From a virus, in the IMG/VR virus record IMGVR_UViG_3300045988_103437: a stretch of 35,262 nucleotides of DNA. The stretch is one strand, 5' to 3'. A model generated the notes under the pieces. That model was not told where the DNA came from. It worked only from the letters and a program-made list of their open reading frames with translations, and searched no databases. The translations under genes and the position numbers were made by a program. Positions within the stretch are counted from its first letter, which is position 1. Each line of letters opens with the position of its first letter. This document shows positions 1-7,431 of this stretch, piece by piece.

Positions 1-79
1 TAAACACGATATACTTTAATTCAAAACGAAATGCCGAAACAGTTAAGCATATTATCGAAGTTGACGGTAGTAAACCCAA
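1..79. repeat. Terminal direct repeat, copy A. Identical to 35184..35262, which indicates a circular or terminally redundant genome.
   Basis: The same 79-nt string (taaacacgatatac...ggtagtaaacccaa) was read at both window ends. Confidence 0.95.
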
Positions 80-272
80 TCATGCTACGGTGTGTGAAAT
101 GGAAGAAATCAGGCACGGAAAGTGGGAACACGACAGTGGGGGTGTCGGCTATATAAATTATTTATGTTCTGAGTGTAAAAATTTTTTCACTTTTTACGAG
201 GGCTTTGATTTGTATCCATATTGCCCTTATTGCGGTGCAAAAATGGATAAGAAGGAGGAAAACAATGCCTAA
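1..272 (+). CDS. C-terminal part of a junction-spanning CDS encoding a small zinc-ribbon protein.
   Basis: It continues in frame (codon phase from nt 3) from the ORF that opens at ATG 35108, joined through the 79-nt repeat. It carries CSEC...CPYC cysteine pairs and stops at TAA 270-272. Confidence 0.75.
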   Translation, partial: NTIYFNSKRNAETVKHIIEVDGSKPNHATVCEMEEIRHGKWEHDSGGVGYINYLCSECKNFFTFYEGFDLYPYCPYCGAKMDKKEENNA

Positions 273-516
273 ACTGAAAATTAAGCCTTGTCCGTTCTGC
301 GGAAGCAAGGTAACAGTTGAGAATATAAGCCATAAAGACGCTGACGAGGAGATGTATATGTTTGAGTGCACTAATGATAATTGTGCCTCGGCTACCTGTT
401 TTGGTGATTACAGCACCGACAGAGCAACTGCTATCAAAAATTGGAATAAGCGTGTTGCACAGTGTATCACGAATGCAAAAATCGGCACTTGTACGATCAA
501 TATAGATTTGAGGTGA
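265..516 (+). CDS. Lar-like restriction-alleviation family protein.
   Basis: ATG 265 follows AAGGAGGA (252-259). The N-terminal KPCPFCG, a second Cys pair and AIKNWNKR match the Lar-family pattern as recalled. The track ORF from 205 overlaps the upstream gene. Confidence 0.6.
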   Translation: MPKLKIKPCPFCGSKVTVENISHKDADEEMYMFECTNDNCASATCFGDYSTDRATAIKNWNKRVAQCITNAKIGTCTINIDLR

Positions 517-520
517 TTAA

Positions 521-811
521 ATGAACGACAAAATCCTTATCAACCCTAAAACAAATCAGGAATACAGAGATGTACCGCCGACCGTGGCGGCTGAATATCT
601 CGGAGTTGCTCTCAATTATGTTTATGAAGGCTTAAAAAAACAAACCCTGCCTATCGGTTCAGCCGTACAGAGCGACAAAGGGCGTTGGAGCTATAACATA
701 CCGATTGACCGGCTAAAGACCTATGCAAGCGGTGCAGATATATCATTGCTTACCGCCCTGCTCAACAAATTACTCGGCAGCGGAAATACAATCAACGAAA
801 GGACGGCGTAA
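521..811 (+). CDS. Small early protein, possibly an HTH DNA-binding protein.
   Basis: It has a GAGGTG RBS and is packed against its neighbours. The segment VAAEYLGVALNYVYEGLKK looks HTH-like. Confidence 0.55.
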   Translation: MNDKILINPKTNQEYRDVPPTVAAEYLGVALNYVYEGLKKQTLPIGSAVQSDKGRWSYNIPIDRLKTYASGADISLLTALLNKLLGSGNTINERTA

Positions 812-813
812 AA

Positions 814-1002
814 ATGATAAATTCGCCGTGCTACGGCTGTCAGATACGAACAACAAGATGTCACACAGATTGTGAAAAATATCTTGAATACAAATCAAAG
901 TGTGACAATCGCCGAGCCGAACGCTCTAAGAATTATGACTTTTTTAATTACATCAGTCATAAAATCGACATCCATACGAGATGTCGAAAATCAAATAAAT
1001 GA
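814..1002 (+). CDS. Small Cys-rich hypothetical protein.
   Basis: The ORF starts 3 nt after the previous stop and carries CYGC and CHTDC motifs. Confidence 0.5.
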   Translation: MINSPCYGCQIRTTRCHTDCEKYLEYKSKCDNRRAERSKNYDFFNYISHKIDIHTRCRKSNK

Positions 1003-1018
1003 AAGAATAGGTGAATAT

Positions 1019-1279
1019 ATGGAAATCATTGCAAATAACCGTGCAAATAACCGTGAATATATCGCTTTTAAAGACTTGAAAAAAGGCGATATTTTTGTAT
1101 TAGCCTCAGATGGCAAATGGTACATAAAAAACAACGATTTTTATGCAGTACGACTTTCAGACGGCGAAACCGTTGAACCGATACTTTATTTCACACTTTG
1201 CGAAGTCAAAGATTGCATGCTCGTAGAAAGAGAAATCTATACAGCATTAACTGAAAAGGAGTGTAACAAATGTGGTTAA
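1019..1279 (+). CDS. Hypothetical early protein.
   Basis: An internal ATG at 1019 with a GGTGA RBS avoids overlap with 814..1002. The track ORF starts at 872. Confidence 0.5.
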   Translation: MEIIANNRANNREYIAFKDLKKGDIFVLASDGKWYIKNNDFYAVRLSDGETVEPILYFTLCEVKDCMLVEREIYTALTEKECNKCG

Positions 1280-1527
1280 GAAATTACCCGACACGCAGAA
1301 AACTGCTCAAAGATGTTAAGGAGTTAAGAGAAGAAAACAAAAATCTTAAAAATGAGTTAAAAAAAGCTCGCCTTGATAAATCCCAAGCCGAAGAAAATAG
1401 CACAAACGCTCAATATGCATTAAGAGGTTATAAAAACGAGAATACTAAACTCTGTGAAAAACTTTCAATGTATGAATCAGCAGAGGCAGAATCCTTCGGT
1501 TTTGAATGTGTGGGTGTCCGCAAATGA
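1270..1527 (+). CDS. Hypothetical coiled-coil protein.
   Basis: It has an AAGGAG RBS and a K/E/L-rich, heptad-like sequence. Confidence 0.55.
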   Translation: MWLRNYPTRRKLLKDVKELREENKNLKNELKKARLDKSQAEENSTNAQYALRGYKNENTKLCEKLSMYESAEAESFGFECVGVRK

Positions 1528-1772
1528 AAAAAGGGACAACAGTCGAAAGCGGATATGATGTTGAGGGACGCTGGCATTTGAAGCTCAGAAAAGCCAAAGG
1601 CAAGTTTACGCTCGACGAAATAATTGAAGCTGCGAAAGAATGGGAAGAAGATTACTACGCCGTGATAATTAAAGCGATGGGCGATGAAACTGCACAGTAT
1701 TACGATGACGACCTTGAGGGGGATTACGTAACGCTATATCGTGCTACAGATTTTATCAGCAAAGAGGTGTAA
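1524..1772 (+). CDS. Hypothetical early protein.
   Basis: ATG 1524 overlaps the upstream TGA stop (ATGA coupling). The track ORF starts at 1506. Confidence 0.55.
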   Translation: MKKGTTVESGYDVEGRWHLKLRKAKGKFTLDEIIEAAKEWEEDYYAVIIKAMGDETAQYYDDDLEGDYVTLYRATDFISKEV

Positions 1773-1775
1773 CCG

Positions 1776-2051
1776 ATGAAAAGATTAACTTTAAATCAAG
1801 ACAGTGAAATCAAGGTTAAGGACATCTACGGCAAAACACACGATTGTAAAGATGTTCCGCATGAGTTTTACGGTTGTATTCGCAAACTTTACGACTATGA
1901 GAATACAGGATACACAATTGATTTTATCGACAACATACCGAAGATACTCGAGGATATGCGTGAACGCTTATTAAATCCATCGGCTGTAAACATTAAAGCG
2001 TGTTTGCATATGATTGATTACATTTTAAACACAAAAGAAAAAGACCGTTGA
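1776..2051 (+). CDS. Hypothetical early protein.
   Basis: A GAGGTG RBS precedes ATG 1776. Confidence 0.55.
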   Translation: MKRLTLNQDSEIKVKDIYGKTHDCKDVPHEFYGCIRKLYDYENTGYTIDFIDNIPKILEDMRERLLNPSAVNIKACLHMIDYILNTKEKDR

Positions 2052-2075
2052 TTGCTTGCACTACAATCAACGGTC
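2043..2075. promoter_or_regulatory. Perfect 11-bp inverted repeat (hairpin) at the end of the 1776..2051 gene.
   Basis: The arms are gaccgttgatt (2043-2053) and aatcaacggtc (2065-2075), with an 11-nt loop and no following T-tract. Confidence 0.5.
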
Positions 2076-2087
2076 CGCCGATAACAC

Positions 2088-2139
2088 AAGGCTATCTGCT
2101 GTACAAATATTGTTCAACAACATTATAGCAGATAGCCTT
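2088..2139. promoter_or_regulatory. Perfect 13-bp inverted repeat just upstream of the ParB-like gene.
   Basis: The arms are aaggctatctgct (2088-2100) and agcagatagcctt (2127-2139), with a 26-nt spacer. TTGACA directly follows the right arm. Confidence 0.5.
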
Positions 2140-2163
2140 GACAAAATCAAGGAGATTATAAAA

Positions 2164-3489
2164 ATGGAAAGAAAATCTAAATTACAGATGATAGCAGTGG
2201 ACAAACTGCACCCACATCCACAGAACCCTCGAAAGGTTATCGGCGATGTGACGGAGCTTGCGGAATCTATCAAGGCGAACGGAATTTTGCAGAACCTTAC
2301 CGTTGTGCCAAACAATGATAACGAGGATGATTTTACTGTTATAATTGGACACCGTAGGCTTGCGGCCGCAAAGCAGGCAGGATTAACTGAACTGCCTTGT
2401 GCAATCGTAGAAATGACGGAGAAAGAACAGCTGTCAACGATGCTCACCGAGAATATGCAGCGGTCAGACTTGACTGTATACGAAGAGGCTAAGGGCTGTC
2501 AGCTCTTGCTTGACCTCGGTGATACGGTTGCAGAGATTGCCGAGAAAACAGGATTTTCAGAAAGCAAAATAAGGCGGAGAGTAAAACTCTGTGAGCTTGA
2601 TGAAGAAGCTTTCAAAGAAAGCCAGCTCAGACAACCCACATTGGCAGACTACGAGCGTCTGAATCAGATTAAGAATATTGATGCAAGAAATGAATTGCTT
2701 AAATCAATCGGAACGAATAATTTCGACAATCTTTTGTATTCTGCCGTGCAAAAGCAGGAGACAGATGAAGAAAAAGAAAAAATTGAAAAGCTCTGTCTTG
2801 AACATGGAATGACTAAAGTGCAGAAATATAACGAAATTCCAGACAATTACAAAGACACAGGAATATTCGCGCTCAAAGATTTGATCGGTAAAGACTTTGC
2901 GGACGGCAGGAACAGATATTTTTATTTTGCTTACGGCTCAACCGTCTACATTTACGCAGAAGCATTGGAAAAGCAGGAAAAGAACGATGCCGAAGAAGAA
3001 AAGCGAAAGCTTGAAGAGCAGAGATGGGATGAGCTTGAAGAACAGACGGAAGAAATAGACGAACGCTGTGAGGCTCTCAGAAGAGACTTTATGCTTGATG
3101 CGAATTTCAATGACAGCAACAAGAAGCAGGAGCTTGTGAAATTTATAGTCGCCCAATTGGCGGCAGGCGTCATTAACAAGGCATACAGATTTGGCGAAGT
3201 AGTCGAGAATCAAGATGATGAAAACACGGACAGCTACATCAACGAACACTGGAGCGATAACAGCGGTAGAATGCTTATGGCGACGGCATACGCTTTGTGC
3301 CAAAGAACTTATGAAAATTTAAGCTTTATTTATGTAGACTATAACAGCAAAACGATCAGCCGAAAAAACAGCCCGGATTTAAACAAATTTTATGCTTTAC
3401 TCTGCAAACTCGGCTATGTGATGAGTGACGAAGAGATACAGCTCCGTGACGGCACACATCCGATTTTTACCTCCGGTGAAGTCAAATGA
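2164..3489 (+). CDS. ParB-like N-terminal nuclease/partition domain protein.
   Basis: ATG 2164 follows a GGAG RBS. The ParB N-domain pattern is IAVDKLHPHPQNPRK...GILQNLTV...IIGHRRLAAAKQAG. The track extension from 2056 runs through the inverted repeats. Confidence 0.8.
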   Translation: MERKSKLQMIAVDKLHPHPQNPRKVIGDVTELAESIKANGILQNLTVVPNNDNEDDFTVIIGHRRLAAAKQAGLTELPCAIVEMTEKEQLSTMLTENMQRSDLTVYEEAKGCQLLLDLGDTVAEIAEKTGFSESKIRRRVKLCELDEEAFKESQLRQPTLADYERLNQIKNIDARNELLKSIGTNNFDNLLYSAVQKQETDEEKEKIEKLCLEHGMTKVQKYNEIPDNYKDTGIFALKDLIGKDFADGRNRYFYFAYGSTVYIYAEALEKQEKNDAEEEKRKLEEQRWDELEEQTEEIDERCEALRRDFMLDANFNDSNKKQELVKFIVAQLAAGVINKAYRFGEVVENQDDENTDSYINEHWSDNSGRMLMATAYALCQRTYENLSFIYVDYNSKTISRKNSPDLNKFYALLCKLGYVMSDEEIQLRDGTHPIFTSGEVK

Positions 3490-3490
3490 A

Positions 3491-3522
3491 AGAACATTTT
3501 GCTGATGTCCGCAAAATGTTCT
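3491..3522 (+). terminator. Perfect 12-bp stem-loop directly after the ParB-like stop. It may be a terminator or an RNA-processing structure.
   Basis: The arms are agaacattttgc and gcaaaatgttct with an 8-nt loop. There is no U-tract, so termination is uncertain. Confidence 0.35.
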
Positions 3523-3544
3523 TGTGCTGAAAATTTAATAAGTT

Positions 3545-3741
3545 AATCACACAACTGCACTTGTGAGATTATATATATCTCATTTTATACCTTCTTTCTT
3601 TAATTGTATTTTCGGGTAGGTGCAGATGCCCGAACAAATTAACCGATAACAAGCTCTGCACAGCTTGTTATATAAAACTCGTTTACTCCTCTTTAAATAA
3701 ATTCTGACATTGAAAGCGGAGCAGGTGCAGATGGTCCGCTT
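3545..3741 (+). ncRNA. Tandem pair of two-hairpin modules (H0-H1 and H2-H3). This is a candidate structured RNA or ssDNA element.
   Basis: H0 is 3545-3570 and H2 is 3646-3671; both have 10-bp stems and a CTGCAC loop. H1 is 3611-3634 and H3 is 3714-3741; both have 6-7-bp stems and loops containing AGGTGCAGATG. The stems differ in sequence while the loops are identical. Confidence 0.6.
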
Positions 3742-3752
3742 AGGTGAAGAAA

Positions 3753-3989
3753 ATGGATGTAAACATTATCACAATAAAATTTAAAGACGGTTCAAGCATA
3801 TATATTGATGATGTTTCTGATTATGCCATAAATAACAATGTTGTCAAAGTTAATAAAAATGGATATAATCAGTTTTTTAATTTCGACGAAGTTAGATATA
3901 TCGGAAGAACATTTGATTTAGAACCTGAAATATACAATGCAATGAAGAGGTGGGACAACTCCAATGTTTCACATTCAAAACTGCTATAA
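3753..3989 (+). CDS. Small hypothetical protein at the start of the AT-rich island.
   Basis: ATG 3753 follows an AGGTGA RBS. The track start, GTG 3744, lies inside that RBS. Confidence 0.55.
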   Translation: MDVNIITIKFKDGSSIYIDDVSDYAINNNVVKVNKNGYNQFFNFDEVRYIGRTFDLEPEIYNAMKRWDNSNVSHSKLL

Positions 3990-4075
3990 GAAGGTATGAA
4001 TCTATGCAAGAAGAGGCGCTTTTACAAATCATTAAAAAACAGCTTAATGAGATCGTAAGGTGGTAGATTTACAAA

Positions 4076-5263
4076 ATGTCGAGGCTAAATAAAACATGGA
4101 CGGCCGATGAAATAGATTATCTTGTATCTGCTTGGGGCAACGTTAATATGGCCACTATAACAAAACACCTTGATAGATCCGAATGTGCGATAAGGCTAAA
4201 AGCCGGTAAGTTAAACTTAGGACCTTTCTTGACTAATGGCTATAGATACATCACAATAAGCAATCTTTATAAACTCATTCGTCCAAACACTTCTGCCAGT
4301 TATCTAAAAACATCGTGGGTAAAAAATAGGAATCTGCCTACTCACAACATATCAAGAAGTTCAAAAACAAATTTCATCGTTGTTTACATAGATGAATTTT
4401 GGATGTGGGCAGAGAAAAATCAATATTTTTTAGATTTTTCGAAACTTGAAAGATATCAATTAGGACCTGAGCCTGATTGGGTAAACCCAAAACGAGAGGC
4501 AGACATATTAAGGAACAGTCTTATTAAAGCAACTCCGTGGACAAACAGAGAAGATAACCTTCTCAAAGAATTGCTTGTAAAGCAAAAGTATGGTTATAAA
4601 GAACTATCACAAATATTGTGCCGTAGCGAAGGAGCTATACAGCGCAGAATTAATGACCTAAACATCAAATACCGACCGATAAAAGCTGATAACCATCAAA
4701 AATGGACTGAATCAGAATACACTTTACTTGGCGAAATGATTAAATGCGGAAGCAAATATGAAGAAATATCCGACAGAATCGGTCGATCAGTTAAGGCTAT
4801 CAGAGGACGTGTGTTCGATAAGTATCTCACGGAAAATCTTGATAAAGTGCGAAATTACATAGGCAACGGAAACTTTGGAGACGGAACGCCTGACAAGCCG
4901 TTAAAATACAAGCGACTTATGTCGAACGAAGAAAAAAACAAAGCTAATCTATTGTTATCAATCATCGCAGGAGATTTACGTTGTGTTGCAAAAATGAATT
5001 CAAATGTTGATGAGGAATACAGTAAATATTGGCAAAAGGATATGTGCTTGAATTGGAGCAATATCAAAGGCTGTATTGCATGCGAAAAAGATTGCGACAG
5101 TTGCACATCATTTAAAAGAATACCCGTACAACATTGTAAGCGTTGTGGAAAAGATTTTTTTGAACGAAAAAGTGCTGATTTTTGTAGCGATTGCAGGTCA
5201 GCTCGCCTATATCAAGCGCGAAAAAAATATGCAATACTGCAACAAAAGCAAAACCGAAAGTAA
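4076..5263 (+). CDS. Protein with three Myb/SANT-like repeats and a Cys-rich C-terminus, likely DNA-binding.
   Basis: Three internal repeats share WT-x2-E-x2-L...RS-x2-AI-x2-R (WTADEIDYL.., WTNREDNLL.., WTESEYTLL..). The C-terminal about 60 aa carries more than 10 Cys (CIACEKDCDSC...CKRCG...CSDC). Confidence 0.65.
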   Translation: MSRLNKTWTADEIDYLVSAWGNVNMATITKHLDRSECAIRLKAGKLNLGPFLTNGYRYITISNLYKLIRPNTSASYLKTSWVKNRNLPTHNISRSSKTNFIVVYIDEFWMWAEKNQYFLDFSKLERYQLGPEPDWVNPKREADILRNSLIKATPWTNREDNLLKELLVKQKYGYKELSQILCRSEGAIQRRINDLNIKYRPIKADNHQKWTESEYTLLGEMIKCGSKYEEISDRIGRSVKAIRGRVFDKYLTENLDKVRNYIGNGNFGDGTPDKPLKYKRLMSNEEKNKANLLLSIIAGDLRCVAKMNSNVDEEYSKYWQKDMCLNWSNIKGCIACEKDCDSCTSFKRIPVQHCKRCGKDFFERKSADFCSDCRSARLYQARKKYAILQQKQNRK

Positions 5264-5276
5264 AGAAGGCGTATCT

Positions 5277-6284
5277 ATGGATGATAAAACAGAATTCGTA
5301 CGAATGGCAACAACACAATGCCTAAAGTATATGTCTGTGAATGAGGCAAACAAGGTTGAGCAAATTTTGTCAGTCTTGTTGACAAAATATTCTCTAAAAA
5401 AAGAAACCTACGCTTTATCCACCGAAACAGTTACTCCGAATCAAAAATTAGTAAATACTTTTTTAGCCATTAAAAAAATTAGTGGTTTAACTGACAAAAG
5501 TCTAAAAGCTTATAACAATGAAATACAAATGATGCTTAAAGCAATAAATAAGCCTATCGCAGACATTAAGGTTAATGATATTCGTGCATACCTTGCTTTT
5601 GAACAATTAAATAAAAATGTATCAAACAGTTATCTTGATACAAAATTAAGATACTTAAAATCATTTTTTAAAACACTGAGAATTGAAGGCTACATACCAA
5701 ATGATCCGGCAGAAAAAATCACAAAAATAAAAGCTGAAAAGGTAATCAGAAAGCCGTTTACACCGATTGAAACCGAAAAAATTAGAGATGCTGCCGGAAA
5801 AGATTTGAGGTTGAAGGCAATCATAGAATTTCTATTATCGACAGGATGTCGAGTTACAGAAGTGGAAAATGCAAATCGCAGTGACATTAAAGATGATAAA
5901 CTGATTATCACAGGCAAGGGTAACAAACAAAGATACGTATATCTTAACGCACAAGCAAAACTTGCTTTAGAAAAATACGAAAATACGAGATCAGACACCA
6001 ACAATGCTTTGTTCGTTAGTAAAATTAAAATAAAAGGTGAATACAAAAGGCTTGAAAAAGGACAAATAGAAAATATCATTCGTGAGCTTGGTAAAGACAT
6101 TGGAATTGAAAATTGTCACCCACATAGATTCAGAAGAACCATGGCTACCGATGCCCTTAGAGCCGGCATGCCAATTGAACAAGTATCACTAATGCTTGGC
6201 CACGAAGAACTGACTACAACACAAATATACGCAAGATCTGATGAATCTGATGTTTATCAGGCACATCAAAAATATGTTAGATAA
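5277..6284 (+). CDS. Tyrosine recombinase, XerC/XerD- or Cre-like. This is a second recombinase, distinct from the attP-linked integrase.
   Basis: ATG 5277 follows an AGAAGG RBS. The catalytic region is GCRVTE...HPHRFRRTMAT...LGHEELTTTQIYAR. The track extension from 5076 overlaps the upstream gene. Confidence 0.85.
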   Translation: MDDKTEFVRMATTQCLKYMSVNEANKVEQILSVLLTKYSLKKETYALSTETVTPNQKLVNTFLAIKKISGLTDKSLKAYNNEIQMMLKAINKPIADIKVNDIRAYLAFEQLNKNVSNSYLDTKLRYLKSFFKTLRIEGYIPNDPAEKITKIKAEKVIRKPFTPIETEKIRDAAGKDLRLKAIIEFLLSTGCRVTEVENANRSDIKDDKLIITGKGNKQRYVYLNAQAKLALEKYENTRSDTNNALFVSKIKIKGEYKRLEKGQIENIIRELGKDIGIENCHPHRFRRTMATDALRAGMPIEQVSLMLGHEELTTTQIYARSDESDVYQAHQKYVR

Positions 6285-6290
6285 ATAGGA

Positions 6291-6491
6291 GTGATAATAT
6301 TGGCATTCCCCGAAAAATTAAAAGCGTTAAGGCTTAAACATAAATTAACGCAGGAAGAATTAGGTGAAAAGCTCTGTTTGAGCAGAACAAGTATATCTTA
6401 CTATGAGCAGGGAAAATTTGAACCTGATATTAATACCATAATAGCTATATCAGATTTATTTAAAATTTCGATAGATGAACTGTTGAAATGA
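6291..6491 (+). CDS. XRE-family HTH transcriptional regulator.
   Basis: The motif is LKALRLKHKLTQEELGEKLCLSRTSISYYEQGK. The start is GTG 6291 or, more likely, in-frame TTG 6300, which lies 8 nt after AGGAG. Confidence 0.8.
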   Translation: MIILAFPEKLKALRLKHKLTQEELGEKLCLSRTSISYYEQGKFEPDINTIIAISDLFKISIDELLK

Positions 6492-6500
6492 GGTTTAACA

Positions 6501-7052
6501 ATGAAAATAAAAAAAGCATTCGACATATGTAAAAAGAACAAGTCAATTTATATATCTATGACCAGCGAAGGAGAACAGTGGCTTTCGGACGGCAATGCGG
6601 TTTATCCAATTTTTGAACTGCCATTGTTGAATGAAAACTACATATGTAAGTTGTATGACATAAACGATGCGCAAAGAGATAAGATTACATTTATTATCGC
6701 AAAGGGAAAACCTGAAATTGATGTTAATGACAGTACAGCGGATGAGTCACTCGCTGAAATGTGGGACATCGAAATTGCGTATAATGGCAAAATATTATTA
6801 CCAATAAGCACATCTGAGGGACTTATGTTCATCGACCGTACTTATCTCAGTCCGTTTGCAGATATGCCGCAACAAGAAATGTCATTGACATTAAGATACA
6901 ATTCAAAAAGTGTTCCCTACTTTGCTATTAAATTCGGTATGATAGCCTACGGGTTTATAGCCGCCTGCGAAATCGTTGACGAAAATCTTGTAAACAGTTT
7001 GAAAGCACTCTACATCGAAAGTGAAATGATTTTGAAAAATGAGAAAGGATGA
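6501..7052 (+). CDS. Hypothetical protein.
   Basis: The 183-aa ORF has a GAGG RBS. No motif was recognised. Confidence 0.55.
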   Translation: MKIKKAFDICKKNKSIYISMTSEGEQWLSDGNAVYPIFELPLLNENYICKLYDINDAQRDKITFIIAKGKPEIDVNDSTADESLAEMWDIEIAYNGKILLPISTSEGLMFIDRTYLSPFADMPQQEMSLTLRYNSKSVPYFAIKFGMIAYGFIAACEIVDENLVNSLKALYIESEMILKNEKG

Positions 7053-7059
7053 CCTGCCG

Positions 7060-7431
7060 ATGAAGCAGTATGAAGCTGACCAACAGCGGAAGTTATTTCA
7101 ATGGACGACTTTCATCCGGGCAAAGTATCCTGAAATTGATTTGATGTTCCACATTCCGAACGGCGGAAGCAGGAACAAACTTGAAGCAGCCAACCTCAAA
7201 AAGCAAGGAGTAAAGGCAGGTGTGCCGGATTTGTTTTTGCCGGTTGGCCGTGGAAGCTATCACGGTCTGTTCATCGAATTAAAATACGGTAAGAATAAGC
7301 CGACTGAAAAACAAACCGAATGGCTTAAAAGCCTTAATGAACAAGGCTACGCTGTCGCTGTATGTTATGGTTGCGACGAGGCAAGCGAAAAAATATTAAA
7401 GTATTTGAAATTAGGTGAAATAAATGAGTGA
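7060..7431 (+). CDS. VRR-NUC domain nuclease (PD-(D/E)xK fold).
   Basis: The motif is GVKAGVPDLFLP...GLFIELK...TEKQTEWL. The start is ATG 7060 (RBS AAAGGA) or ATG 7039. Confidence 0.75.
   Translation: MKQYEADQQRKLFQWTTFIRAKYPEIDLMFHIPNGGSRNKLEAANLKKQGVKAGVPDLFLPVGRGSYHGLFIELKYGKNKPTEKQTEWLKSLNEQGYAVAVCYGCDEASEKILKYLKLGEINE

Noticed and set aside
1-79. The 79-nt terminal repeat as a true physical DTR used for packaging.
   Set aside because: The HNH-TerS-TerL module points to cos ends near 11.1 kb, and a gene reads straight through the junction. An assembly overlap of a circular molecule is the simpler reading, but this cannot be decided without read data.
2056-2163. N-terminal extension of the ParB-like ORF starting at 2056.
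   Set aside because: It has no RBS and runs through two long inverted repeats. ATG 2164 has a GGAG RBS, and the ParB domain begins right after it.
5076-5276. Upstream extension of the recombinase ORF that overlaps the Myb-like gene by about 190 nt.
   Set aside because: The overlap is implausibly long. ATG 5277 lies just after the Myb-like stop and has an RBS.
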